DNA from: the human T2T-CHM13v2.0 reference genome, Homo sapiens
DNA: 64,000 nucleotides
Direction: 5' to 3' (one strand)
NCBI RefSeq assembly: GCF_009914755.1
Contig: NC_060938.1
Shown here: one piece after another, positions 23,873 to 35,446 of the stretch
Layout of the letters: every line of letters starts with the position of its first letter
How positions within the stretch are numbered: the first letter of the stretch is position 1
Notes under the pieces: generated by a model
Told to the model about the DNA's origin: nothing
The model's input: the letters and a program-made list of their open reading frames with translations, nothing else
Database searches by the model: none
Program-made: the position numbers and the translations under genes

Positions 23873-25156
23873 GCATTATTAAGGCTGGAAATAGGCACTA
23901 CTATAAGGAGTGTATGTTCTTTCAACTACTTTAGTGTGTTTGAATGCATAAACTATTTTTAGATATTTATTGGTCTTCAATACAACTTTGAAATGGCTTC
24001 CAACTTCTACAGTTTTATTCATACCTCCTTGCTGCCTGCCACTAGTGCATATGCAGATACCAGCAGAGCAGGGCTTGTTTGTTGCAAGTCTTTGAGACAT
24101 TTTGCAGGAACCTTATGCGTTCTTTTACATGCAAAGAGAAAAGAGCACCAACGCTTTGAATCCCAACTACGTGCTTAGAACTTTATATAAAAACAAGTCT
24201 GCAAGTGAGGGTGTTTTATCCTTATTCTGTAAGGCTTCAAGGTCTTGGAGGGTTAATAAAAAGTAGCTCCAGTCACCCAGCTGGAAGGGGTGGACTGGGA
24301 TTTGAACCCAGTGAGGCAACTTCAAAAGCTTTGGCTTCTCTTGCGCCAACAGACAAACATTTGTATAACTGTTTAATGCATCGGTTTTATCACCACTGTA
24401 ATTTCTAGTAATATACTTCTTCTTACCTTTATTTATTGAAAAGCATTTTTTAATAGCAGTGGCAAGCAAAAGAACAAGAATTAACAACTGAGCTACAGTC
24501 TCTTCTAAAAATCAAACTGTTGTCTTTTTTGGTCTATGGTCCTTCCCAGAGCCTTCGTATACACATGCAGCACTTTTACATAGTAGTAATCATAGGAAAG
24601 ACACATGTTTAATTCAGCTTTTTTGACTTAATATTAAACCAAGGTAGGTAATTTGAAGGACTTCATACATTCTGAAGCCTTTGCTCTAATGTGTTTGTTA
24701 AAAAAAGATCAAAACCCCTAGTTACGTTGCTGGTATGGTCATAACTGAATACTGTTCAGCTTCCAATAATTACCAATTAGAGCAGTGTACATAATATTTA
24801 AAATTGCATCAGAAGAAGGAATAAGTCTTCCAGGAGCAATGATAAGCCTTTCCATGATAATAGGACACTGCACATGTCTGTTATGAAACCACAGACTTCT
24901 AGACACTTCAGAGGGTCTTTGGTTTGGTTTTTCAACATAGTCAATGATCAATGACCGATGCATTTATATTACTGGGAGAATTCTTTTTATTCATTATGTG
25001 AACTAAATTTCTGTAGGCCCAGAAGTCTCACCATAAAATTTACTGACATGGGATATTTAACATTCGTATCTTTGTCTCAAATGCAAAGTGACACCATTCA
25101 TTCATTCAGTATGTGTTTATTGATCACCTGTTTTCAAGGTGCCAGGTTAGGACATT

Positions 25157-25310
25157 GATTTGCAAACTATGAAGTGCATGTGAGCTCCCAGGGATAAGAA
25201 GATACAGATTCTGATTTGGTAGGGTGGGGATTACAATATGCAACATTCTTATCAAACTCCAGGGCCCAGGCAGATATTGCTGGTTAGTGGACCACGCCCA
25301 TGCGGTGCTA
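25157..25310. mobile_element. MER5-family hAT fossil inserted in an L2
   Basis: cagattctgatttggtagggtgggg...ggaccac motifs; L2 sequence continues on both sides. Confidence 0.5.
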
Positions 25311-26000
25311 GAGGATACTGGTGGCAATGAACCCATCAATCCAGCCCGGGGGGCGGCAAAGAAGCAAGTAGGCAAGGGCCAAATGAGGTTACTTCAAAAA
25401 GTGACAAATGCTGTGAAAACATAGAGAGAACCTGGCTATGGGGATGCTGGACCTGTAGGATGCTCAGGGAAAGCCTCTGTCTTGGAAGAGGTGACAGTGA
25501 AGCTGAGAGCTGTCAAATGAGAAGGGTGCAAACATGGGAAACTCAGGAAGATGAGCATTCCAAGCAGAAGGAAGAGAGGTGCAAAGACCCCGAGGAAGAA
25601 ACGAATGGGTTGTGTTTAAGGAACAAAGAAATTTAGTGGGGAGAGAGTAAGTGAGGAAGAGAAGAGTGTGAAATAAGATCAGAGACATAGGGGAGGACCA
25701 GGGTGTGTCAGGCCCTCTAGACCACAGTGAGGAGTTTGGATTTTAGTCCATCCACACTGGGAAATCATGCCCTGGCTTTAGTAGGGCAATAATGTACTTG
25801 GAGGGATTTTTTTTTTTTCAAGGAGCTCTTTAGATAGGGTATGGAGGGCAGGTTCTAAAGAGGTGGGATGGGAAGCTATACACCAAGTAGACATCTGATG
25901 CCAGAGCCTATAAGACAGATGATGGGGTTTGGACAGGTTTGGTAGCAGCAGAGATGGAGACCCACAGATGGATGGGGCATATACCCTGGCAGCTTTTCTT
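25310..26000 (-). mobile_element. L2 LINE fragment (tail at 25097-25155)
   Basis: ttcattcattc tail; ggaagagcatt-type ccaagcagaaggaaga, gaggagtttggattttagtcc, gagatgga...gatggat. Confidence 0.7.
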
Positions 26001-26906
26001 TCTTCTATCAACCGACTGACTTGGGTGCTGCTAATGTGTCAGCCCTGTGCCAGTGTTGTCTGCTGATAACCACCTAGCTCTGGGAAGACCCACTCTATCC
26101 AGGGAGGGAGACAAGTGAGAGACTCGCCATTAGAACACCAGGACCAAGGGCTTCCCACGTACAGTGCTCACAATGAGAGCAGGTGATGATGTCTGTCCTG
26201 TGTTAGGCACTGTGCAATCCATTTCCCTTGAAGTACTTGCTATTATCTCACTTTACAGATGAGTAAAAATTGGGAGTCGGGAAGGCTGAGTACTTTGTCC
26301 AAGGCTAGTGAGAGGGTAACCTGGGGCCAGTGTTGCTACCTGTGGCTGTCTGACTCGAAAGCCTTTCCTGTTTCTTGGAACCCCACGCATCTTTCCTGGA
26401 AAGCCTCATTTTTCTACAGTCCCACAGAAAGACCCTTACACTAGTGACCACCAAATGTGGGTCTCTGCCTTAGGTCGCTACCCATCTGTTACGAGGCATA
26501 TGCATGAAACTCTGCTTTCAAACTTCATTTCGTTGAGCCTGTCATGCCAGACAAAAATTGTGTGACCTAGCTTATAGTAGCTTTTGCCATGAAGGTATCA
26601 TTTACTGGTGAGTATATTTTACTGCACCATTATAGATCTCTTCACTCAAGCAGCTGTCTAATATGTTGAATAGTCTTTCATCTTGTCAAACACTTCCATG
26701 CGCCTTTCTACAGCCTTCTCAGCCAACATGTACACACCTAATCAATCTAACGCCACTGTCTCCAGACTTTCAAACCCAAAAGCACTGCCCCAACCACTTT
26801 CTTAAAGAGACAATCCCTTTTCATTGAAATCTTTTTATCACATTCACAGAAGGGCTTCTTATTAGTGGATGCTTTCAGAGTGGTATAAAGGAAGAGGAAA
26901 CTGGGA

Positions 26907-27270
26907 TTTTTTTTATTGGTACATAATATGTGTACATATTTATGGGGTAAATGTGGTATTTCGTTACATGCATAGAATGTGTGATGATCAAATCAGGGTA
27001 TTTACGGTATCCATCACTTGGAGTGTTTATCATTTATGTGCAATGGGAACATTTTAAGTCCTGTCTTCTAGCTATTTTGAAATATACAATACATTATCAT
27101 TGACTATAGTTACCCTACACTGTTATCAAATATTAGAACATATTCCTTCTATCTAACTGTATGTTTGTACCCATTAACCAACCTCTTCATCTCCCCCACT
27201 GCCCCACCCATGTACCCTTCCCAGGCTCTAGTATCTATCATTTGGCTTGCCTGCATTTCTACTAGATCAG
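26907..27270 (-). mobile_element. L1MA (L1MA4/5-like) 3' end
   Basis: gtacatatttatgggg...atcaaatcagggta...tctagctattttgaaatatacaat...tgtacccattaaccaacct. Confidence 0.85.
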
Positions 27271-27776
27271 TTATGGAAATCTCTTGCTACAACAGGAAGA
27301 CACATGGGCTGTTTCTCCTGCCGTCTTGCGGGCCTACACATATACACATTGATAAAGGAGGTTTTATCAGTGGGGTCTCATGTATTCATTATCTCCCACA
27401 TGAAGCCTAAGGCTTGCAGAAGTGGCACACGATGTCTTCCATCTTCGAACATCAGAAAGCACCTAACCTCTCAGTCTCATCCAGCACCTTCCATCTCCCC
27501 CATCACCTCACTCTGTGCACTCCTGCAATATTAGTGGGCATTATTTTATGCCTTCCTGTTTTGGCTGTCTTCCCATGGCCTATAACACCTGCCTCCCCTG
27601 ATCTTTCTGATGAGCTCCCTGACCAGCCTCCAAACTCTGTGGAGACATTATCCTCCCTAGAAAGTCCTTTTTGCATCTCCCAGGGTGCATGGCTTTGTCC
27701 TCAACATCTCAGGGGGCCTTGCCTGCTCTTCCATTATACATATTTATGAAATGATGGTATATATCTTATCTGTCCC

Positions 27777-28224
27777 TGAAAGGCAAATTGCAAAAACAGC
27801 TCCCATTCTCACCCCTGCCTGCGCCCACACCCTTTGCTACATAACTTTGAAACACCTTTCCACTCTAACTTAGACTCGGCAATGTCATCCTTGGCCAATA
27901 AGATGTTAGCAGATGTGATGCAAGCAGAAGTTTGCAAAGCCCTGATGCTACTGGGCTTGCCCTGTCTCTTGCATCTCTGCTCTTGCCATGAGAGCATGTC
28001 CAGGCCAGCTCCCTGAAAAATGAGACTAGAGCCCACTCATCCCATTTCCACCCCCCCCCAACAACTTTGTGGACTTTTAGACACTTGATAAGGCCAGGTG
28101 AGATGAGCAGAGCTAACAAGCCAGCCCCCCAAGGTCCAGTAACAATCATTTTCTTCCTGTTTTATATAACTGAGCTATTATTGTTTATTAAACAGCATTA
28201 TTATGGCTGTAGGTGACCAATACA
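27777..28224 (+). mobile_element. MLT1 (H-like) MaLR solo LTR inserted in an L2
   Basis: ttggccaataagatgttagcagatgtgatgcaagcaga...cagcattatta..gtgaccaataca; TSD gtccc/ctccc. Confidence 0.75.
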
Positions 28225-28767
28225 CTCCCCTATAAACCTACATTCTCCTAAAGAACGGACATTGAATTTAAGTCATATTTGTGTCCTCAGGTCCCAACAC
28301 TTAGTTAGGAACTCAATCAATGTTTGTTGAATTAAAAGCAAAATGATTTTCAAATTCTATATACATGATAGCAGCTCTATAATACTTAATCTGGAGCTTT
28401 TGTTATGACGTGGGAAACTCAACATCATTTTTCTCTTTGGACTCCAAGTTACAGAATTTCCACTGATAGATTGAGCCTTCGTTTGTGTGAGGATAGAGGG
28501 GAACCCCACTTTAGAACAATATTACCAATCTCCTCGCAGAACTATCCTATAAACCAAGTCTGTGTACAAAACGTTAATTAAAACCTCTTATTTTTAGTGT
28601 AAATATTTTACTCATATTACTTAGGAGAATTGTGTGCAACGAACCACGTGGAGGACAGAGATCACTCATGAGTTAATAGTCACCCCTAAACCAGTTAATC
28701 GAAACAGATTGTGAAAAAGTCCATAGATAAAAATGATTGCTATTAAAAAAAAATCAAAACAAAGCAA

Positions 28768-28802
28768 ACACACACACACATACACACACACACGCACACA
28801 CA
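28768..28802. repeat. Imperfect (CA)n microsatellite
   Basis: acacacacacacatacacacacacacgcacacaca. Confidence 0.85.
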
Positions 28803-28985
28803 AAACATTCTCTTGCTAGCCTTGCAATTTAGTGATAGACTGTGGATTTCTCAATTGAACTTTTGTGTCTCGGTATGATATTTTCTGTTTAAATTTCAGA
28901 TTTGCTGCAAATACATCCACACAAAGGAGGCACTGAACACATAGGTAGATGTGTGCTCTGTTTTAGACTTTCTCCTTAAAAAAAT

Positions 28986-29040
28986 TATATATGTATATAT
29001 ATAGAGAGAGACACACACACATACACACATATACACACAT
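28986..29040. repeat. Compound (TA)n(GA)n(CA)n microsatellite
   Basis: Read directly. Confidence 0.8.
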
Positions 29041-29092
29041 TTGTATTTGAATTAGTCAGGATGGAAGGAGGTAAGTCACTTCAACCTTTAAG

Positions 29093-29268
29093 CCCCTTTG
29101 ACATTCACAAGGTGCTAAAAGTCAGCTGGGGTCTCAGCTCTGACGAATTTGCATCTCTTTGAATATGACGCTTGAAAAACCCCAGCGATAGATTAAATTT
29201 TGCCAAGGAGAAAATGAGAGAGAGGCTTCCATCTCTCAGGTCTGCTGGGAGGATCTTTATGGTTGATT
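29093..29268. promoter_or_regulatory. Putative enhancer module, copy A of a duplicated non-coding element
   Basis: Aligns to 44942-45125; shares CCTTTGACA, CAGCTG, ATTTGCAT, CTTTGAA, TGACG and GATTAAAT motifs. Confidence 0.5.
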
Positions 29269-30431
29269 TACTTTTTTAAAATAAATGTTTCTTTATGTGT
29301 TTCCCTCAGTTCCTGCCCAGGCTGACTCTATCATACAAGCTGTAACTTCTGCCAGTCCTATCAGCCAGCAAACAGTAAGTCAACCTGGCTCTGAATACGA
29401 GGTGAAGGGATATTTCAATCTAAGCTGCATATACCTTCTGTGTTTTCTGATTAAAATTTGCAAGCAAACCTTGGAATAAACTCTACCTGACACGACTTCT
29501 AAAATAATTTACGCTTTTTGCAAACCTCGAATGTAGGGATTGATTTTAGTTCCTGTCACTATATTTCAGATCATCAAAAATGGATCAGGGCTTTTAAGTG
29601 AATTTAATGACCAAAGATGTTTCCTTTAAAAAAAGAAATCACTGAGGTTAGAAGACAAAATTCCTTATCTAAAGCCACAGAAAAGTGTTCTTTTTTTTTC
29701 TTTTAAAAGTGGCCCATATTGATCATCAAAAATTTGAAAAATTCAGAAATAAAAAGAAGAAAAAATCACTCTTAAACAAATCAGAGATTCATTCTTATGC
29801 TTATTTTAACACATAAGCATATTTTTTCCAGTCTTATCTGTGTCTTTGTGTTTTTTGATACAGGTAAGCATAGAAAGCAAATACAACTTTGTTTCCTGAT
29901 CTTTTCATCTCTTGCAATAACGATGGTGATAATTAATTAGAATGAAGACGGTAACATCCAAGCACAATTGATGAGGAAATTTTTAAGCTCTATGCACAAA
30001 TTGCCTTGCTTTGTCATCAAAACAACCCTACAGGATGGGTTTTTATTATTTTCCTTATTTTTAAGTGTTAAGCAATTTGTCCAAGGTCACATAATCAGAA
30101 TGTTGGAAAACAGTGACTCAGATCAAGGCAATCTTATCCCTAAAAGCTATGCTCTAAATCACTATGCTATGCTATAACATATGCTTTTTAAACATTATCA
30201 TAAAGTCACTTTATATGTTTATATGTGATTTTTAGTGATTGTATAGTATACCAGGAGGCTCCATTTACCATGTATCTATATTTCATTCTATGCAAATATG
30301 CCTTAGGGAGGTGTGTAAGGTGGAAACCCTGTACTATAACATTATATAAATGACCTAATATCTTTTAAAGTCATTTCTTTATTTCTGGACATCAAGTGTT
30401 ATTGTTTATTTGTTCTTCCAATCACACTTTT

Positions 30432-30640
30432 GGTAGAGTTAAAAGAGCACTAAATATCTCATCAGATAGACCTGGGTTTGGATCCCAACTCTGCAACTTA
30501 CTACTGGTGTTTTCTTAGAGAAGCACCTTAATCTGTCTATATCTCAGGAAAGATAGGGTGTTGCAAAAATTAAATAAGATGTCATGGGTGTTAACTGTTT
30601 AGCACAGTTGCTGACACATGGGGAGCGGCTAATATCTAGT
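30432..30640 (+). mobile_element. MIR SINE
   Basis: agacctgggtttggatcccaactctgcaacttacta...ttagcacagttgctgacaca. Confidence 0.7.
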
Positions 30641-30929
30641 AATCCTTTTCATTATTAATCATTATTTATGACAGCTCTAATGTTTTTAGCAATATTGTCA
30701 ATTATGTGACCATAAATTATCTGATTCAATCTTCACATCAATGCAATAAAATAAGCATTATTTATTGTCCTTGATAGATAGAACAATGAGGCTCCCACAC
30801 GTCCAGCGATTTTCCCAGGTGAGGTCTGCCTCGGTTCCGGGGAATCTGATTTCGGAGGCTACAGTCTGAGGTTCTTTGCTGGGAACTGAGGTCCCATCCC
30901 AAGTGCCTTAATGACTGCCAAGGAGTTTA

Positions 30930-31525
30930 AGGGTAAAAGGGAGAACTAAAGAAACTTTAAGTAGGGAGTGGGTGAGATTGTCTGTCCAAGATCTGTCTGC
31001 TGTAGCTTATGACTTGAAGAAAGAGTAAGAATGAGAACTAATTATAGGGCTCTTATTGGAATTTAGGTAAGAGATGAAGTAAATATGAAAGAATGACAAT
31101 GAAGTTGGAAAGAAGTGAATGGTTCCAAGAATTATGTTGGAGATAGAACTTGGAGGATTTAATGCCATGAAGGAGACAGGGAAGAAGGGACAATAACGTC
31201 CAGGTCTTTGTTTAAGGGATGGTGGGTAAAACCAATAGATTCATCACACAGAAAAAAGAATGGTCAGAGGAAGATGGCCAGTTAAATTTTGGATAAATTG
31301 ACATTAGGTTCTTAATAGATACCCAGATGAAACTGACCAGGTTGCAGTTGAATGTAGATGTATGAAGCCCAAAAACAGAAAGCAAATTAGTGATCTGGAT
31401 TTGTGTGCTTCTATTGACAGTGGTTGGGGATGTGGAACTACATAGGTGTGTCTAGGGAGAATGTGAAAAGAAGGGAACTGAGAATAGAATATAAGGAAAA
31501 AGGTCAGTTAAAGGATGAGCAGAGG
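30930..31525 (-). mobile_element. L2 LINE fragment
   Basis: aggtaagagatga...ggagatagaa...aaattttgga...cagttgaatgtag...ctagggaga pattern. Confidence 0.55.
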
Positions 31526-31534
31526 CTATGCTGT

Positions 31535-31900
31535 ACATTAGTCAGGATGGGTTAGGCTGTGCTGAGGTAACAAACAAAGCACAATATCTGAGTGGACTGG
31601 CACAATAGACTCTTATTTCTTCCTGTGCAAAATGTAATGATGATTGGTGGGGGCTCTTCTCCGTCTCTCTCCATCTTGGGATGCAATCCTCTTAATAATT
31701 GGCTTCCAGAGCCCCAAGAGAGGGAAAGAGCATATACACAGACTCTTAACTGCTTTATTTCAAAGAGATACATATCACTTGTGCTGATGTTCCATTAGCT
31801 GCAGTAAGTGCAGGCCATGCCCTGACCATAAAGGAGAGGCTGGGAAGGATTGTGGGTGCAGGAAGAAGACATGACACGATAATTGAACACATAGCATCGT
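31535..31900 (-). mobile_element. Old MLT1 (J/K/L-type) MaLR LTR
   Basis: ttagtcaggatgggttaggctgtgctgaggtaacaaac...catatcacttgtgct...ccattagc. Confidence 0.65.
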
Positions 31901-34468
31901 CTTCATCTCCAACTCAGGTGGATTCCCAAATTCAGTATGAATTGTAAGCCTCTATTCAAGCACAAGAAGTAAGTGTTGATGTCATAGCTCAGGTTGGTAT
32001 GCCTTGAGGTGTGACGGGTGCTGTGCATTTCTGCTCTTGTGGGGAGAGATGAGCAAGATACCAGACAGGACAGAAGCTGGTAGAACTGTCCTAGCTCTAG
32101 AGGCTTTGCACACAGGTCCAACATAGTCTACAGGAGTGTTGGAAACTTTTTCCAGGGAAAGTCGTCAGTAGAGCCCAGCAGTCTAGGCCACAATTAAGCT
32201 CAAAATAAGAATTGTAATTCTTACCAATTGATCCTGATGTAGCAAAACTCTAGAGCAAGCCAAACAGTTCCAGGATCACTAAGGAATCAGAGAGCAGGAC
32301 ATGGAGATGAAGCCTGGAGCTCATTTGTCCTGAAAGGCGGAATCTTACTTCAGTAAGTATCCACTGATAATTCCAACCAACTCAGACTGGGGACTTGTGC
32401 AGTGCAGGCTTTGAACATCAGTCACAGGGGCCCAAGGGGTGATATTTGTCCTGCTTTCATCAGGACTGGATTGAGTTTTGAGCAAGGAAGAACTTTGAGG
32501 CTGAAGGAGACTCCAAGTGAGAGGGCGTGGGAAAGTTTCCACGGGCACATTCTTGATCTTCCTGCATCTCAGCTTTGGTTCCTTCTGGTCTCTGTTGCTG
32601 ACGATTTATGTCCTAATCCTTTAGGCACTTATTCCCCACCCTCTCTGGGTGCTGGTTTCCTGATTCCCGAGTGGGTAGAAAACAGTCATGTAGGTGATCT
32701 GTGAGGTCCCTGACCCTTTTAAATCTACTAATCTATAATTAATTGAAATATTGTAAAATGCAGCCCACATTAATGTATGCTGTTAGGCAAGCTGTTATTT
32801 TCATTAATCATAGACAGCTCTTCCCCACACTCCCAGTTAATGGGCACCGACTGCAGGTTTCAAAATTCATTTACAGGGGGCACTTGGAAGGGGGATGCTG
32901 TGTCCAAATAAAACTTCTCTTGAAGTTTAATTGCAATTCACTGCCGAGTGAGGCAGAGCCGTTTCCAAGTAAGAGCAATTCTCTAATGCATGCCGAGTTT
33001 TAAAATAAAAGTTAATACTGCTCATAACCGTGGCTGATGATACTAGGAAAACACAATTGCTTGAAGCATTTGAAGGTAAAGTATTTATTCTCCTTGCTCC
33101 AGCAGAGAAACACCTCATCGGAGCATTTGCAGATTCTGTTTCTCCTGCCTGCAGAAAGGGTGGGTGTGGCCAAGTTCATCTCCAGCTTCGGAAAGGCTTG
33201 GTGCCAGAAGCCCTCACTTTGCCCTTCTCAAGTGGGCTGTAAGGGTAACATATTTATGATAAACAAATATTCTTAATTCCCTTTTCCCCGCATTTCTCCC
33301 ATCACTCCCATTCACCCAATTCCAGGCCACTCTGTTTTTAGGAAGACCATGTTGCACCCTGGACCTCACTCTCTTGCACTTTGCGTTAGCCGGTTATGCC
33401 TGAGCAAACTCTCCTGGAGGAAGCTGGAAGCCAGGTTCTAGCAGAGGCTTGTACAGAAGAGGAAAGTCCTTAGAAGAAAGAGAGAAGAACAAAAGACAAA
33501 TTCCTTAAAGAAAGAGAGAAGAACTAAAGGATACAAGGGCAATCGGAACTGGTAACCTAAGGAAGTGCATAGTGAGGCAGGAATGGGCACAGCACTTCAG
33601 AACTTGCAAGGTCCTTCCCACCCTCCACTCCCAGCCAGCTCCTCCCCACCCCATGTGGCCTGAAGGGCTGGGATGAGGAAGGAAGATACAAGACTGCGGG
33701 AGTTACATGACTTGCTGTAAGCCACCCATTTACTCCTTGAAAGGTCTGAGCTTGCAATTCAAGGTCTTCACTGTACAGGCAGCCAATCCCCATTGCACTC
33801 ATATTCCCATCATTCCTCCCTCCACTCCCCTGCTCGGAGGCTTCCTCCCTCAGTGGCTTGTGCAGCGCCTGCCTTGGCTACCACCCTATGGCATTGCTCA
33901 CATCTCCTCTGCTCTCTTCCTAGTAATGTAACTAGCTGTCTGTTTCTATTTGCTGGGAACTCTGAGGGGTGTAACAATCTTTAATCATCAGAACAACTTT
34001 ACGAAGACCACCCTGAAGTGCAGAAGGATAATGCTCCTGGCTTGTATCACAGAGCTAGTAAACGACCAAACCAGAATTTGGTCTGAATCCTGAGATCGTT
34101 CTCTTACTTGTAAGCTACACACTTTCATGTACTGAAAGAGAGGTAGCTTTGGTTTGTGACTTTATAAAGCAAGGACCCATCCCATTTGTACAAATGGTAC
34201 AAATTTAGGTACCATTTTTCTGGAGATGCAGGATTTGGACCAGATGGGGAGAGGAAAGAGCAAGCAAGGTTCTGTGGTAAGAACATATAACAGGTACACA
34301 GGTCACAAGACATGGAGCAGGGCAGGTGTGAAGCACAGGGGAACATGAGAGGAAAGCCAAGCTCTGGAGGTGAGGGGCCCTGGGAAACCCATGGAGAAGG
34401 AACGCAGAGATGTACAGCACCATGAAACTTGGAGGGTCCCAAAGAGTGTTCAGTGAAGAGCTGTAGAC

Positions 34469-34625
34469 TAGAAGGAAGAGATGGAAGAAGGGAGAAAAGG
34501 AAGGAAAAAGGAAAGGAATGAAAGAGGGAGGAAGGAAGGAGGAAAGAGGGAGGAAGGAAGGAGGAAGGGACAGAGAGAATAAAGAATGAAGGGAGGAAAG
34601 GATGGAAGAACGAAAGAAAGCAAAA
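34469..34625. repeat. GA-rich polypurine low-complexity tract ((GGAA)n-like)
   Basis: Almost all A/G over ~155 bp. Confidence 0.85.
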
Positions 34626-35027
34626 GGTGGTAATCTTGTGCCTCATGTTTATACTCAGGTGAGAGTAGAAATTTTCAGAGACATGAAGCTCATCATTGAC
34701 TATAAATCTGATTTCCTAGGAAAACTAAAGGTTTTTTTTGTGTGTTTGTTTTTTGAGACAAGTGACACAAAATTCCATCAGAAAAAGGGTAGGGTAGCAT
34801 GTGCCTGCAGTCATTCAAGTCATTTATCTGATTCTTAGTTCCATGTCCCCTGGGTTTGCTGGAGAGGGAGAAGGCAGCAACAGAGACAGCGTGGTGGAGT
34901 GAGGTGAGCATCAGGAGAAAGCTATCTGGGCTCTCTTTTCTGATCTCTACCATCCGTGCATCCTTCCCTGAGCAAGACCTGACAGCAGACCTCTTAGAGG
35001 TTCAAGCACATCATCTGTATAAGAGGG

Positions 35028-35446
35028 TGATACAGTTTGGATATTTATCTGCTCTAAATCTCATCTTTAAATGTTATCCCCAATGTTAGAGGCAAGACCT
35101 GGCAGGAGGTGTTTGGATCTTGGGGACGGATCCCTCATGAATGGCTTGGATCCATTTTTGCAGTAATGAGTGAGGTCTTGCTCTACCAGTTCATGAGAGA
35201 TCCGTTTGTGTAAAAGAGTGTGGTACCTCTCCCATCTCTCCTGCATCCCCTGTCACCATGTGACATGCCAGCTCCCCATCACCTTCCACCATGATTATAA
35301 GCTTCCTGAGGCCTCACCAGAAGTTAAGCAGATGCTGGTGCTATGCTTGTACAGCCTGCAGAACTGTGAGCCAAATAAACCTCTTTTCTTTATAAATTAC
35401 CCAGCCCCAGGCATTTCTTTATGACAATGCAAAATAGATTAATACA
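35028..35446 (+). mobile_element. MSTB-like MaLR solo LTR
   Basis: tgatacagtttggata...ggatccctcatgaatggct...cagcctgcagaactgtgagccaaataaacctc...taataca; TSD gaggg/aaggg. Confidence 0.9.

Noticed and set aside
29093-29268. Possibility that the duplicated element is a snoRNA or snRNA pair
   Set aside because: No conserved terminal C box (RTGATGA)/D box pair or H/ACA layout shared by both copies that I can see; an Rfam scan would settle it.
34125-34646. 173-aa ORF, the longest in the window
   Set aside because: Open because of the stop-poor pyrimidine strand of the GA-rich tract; F/L/P/S low complexity.
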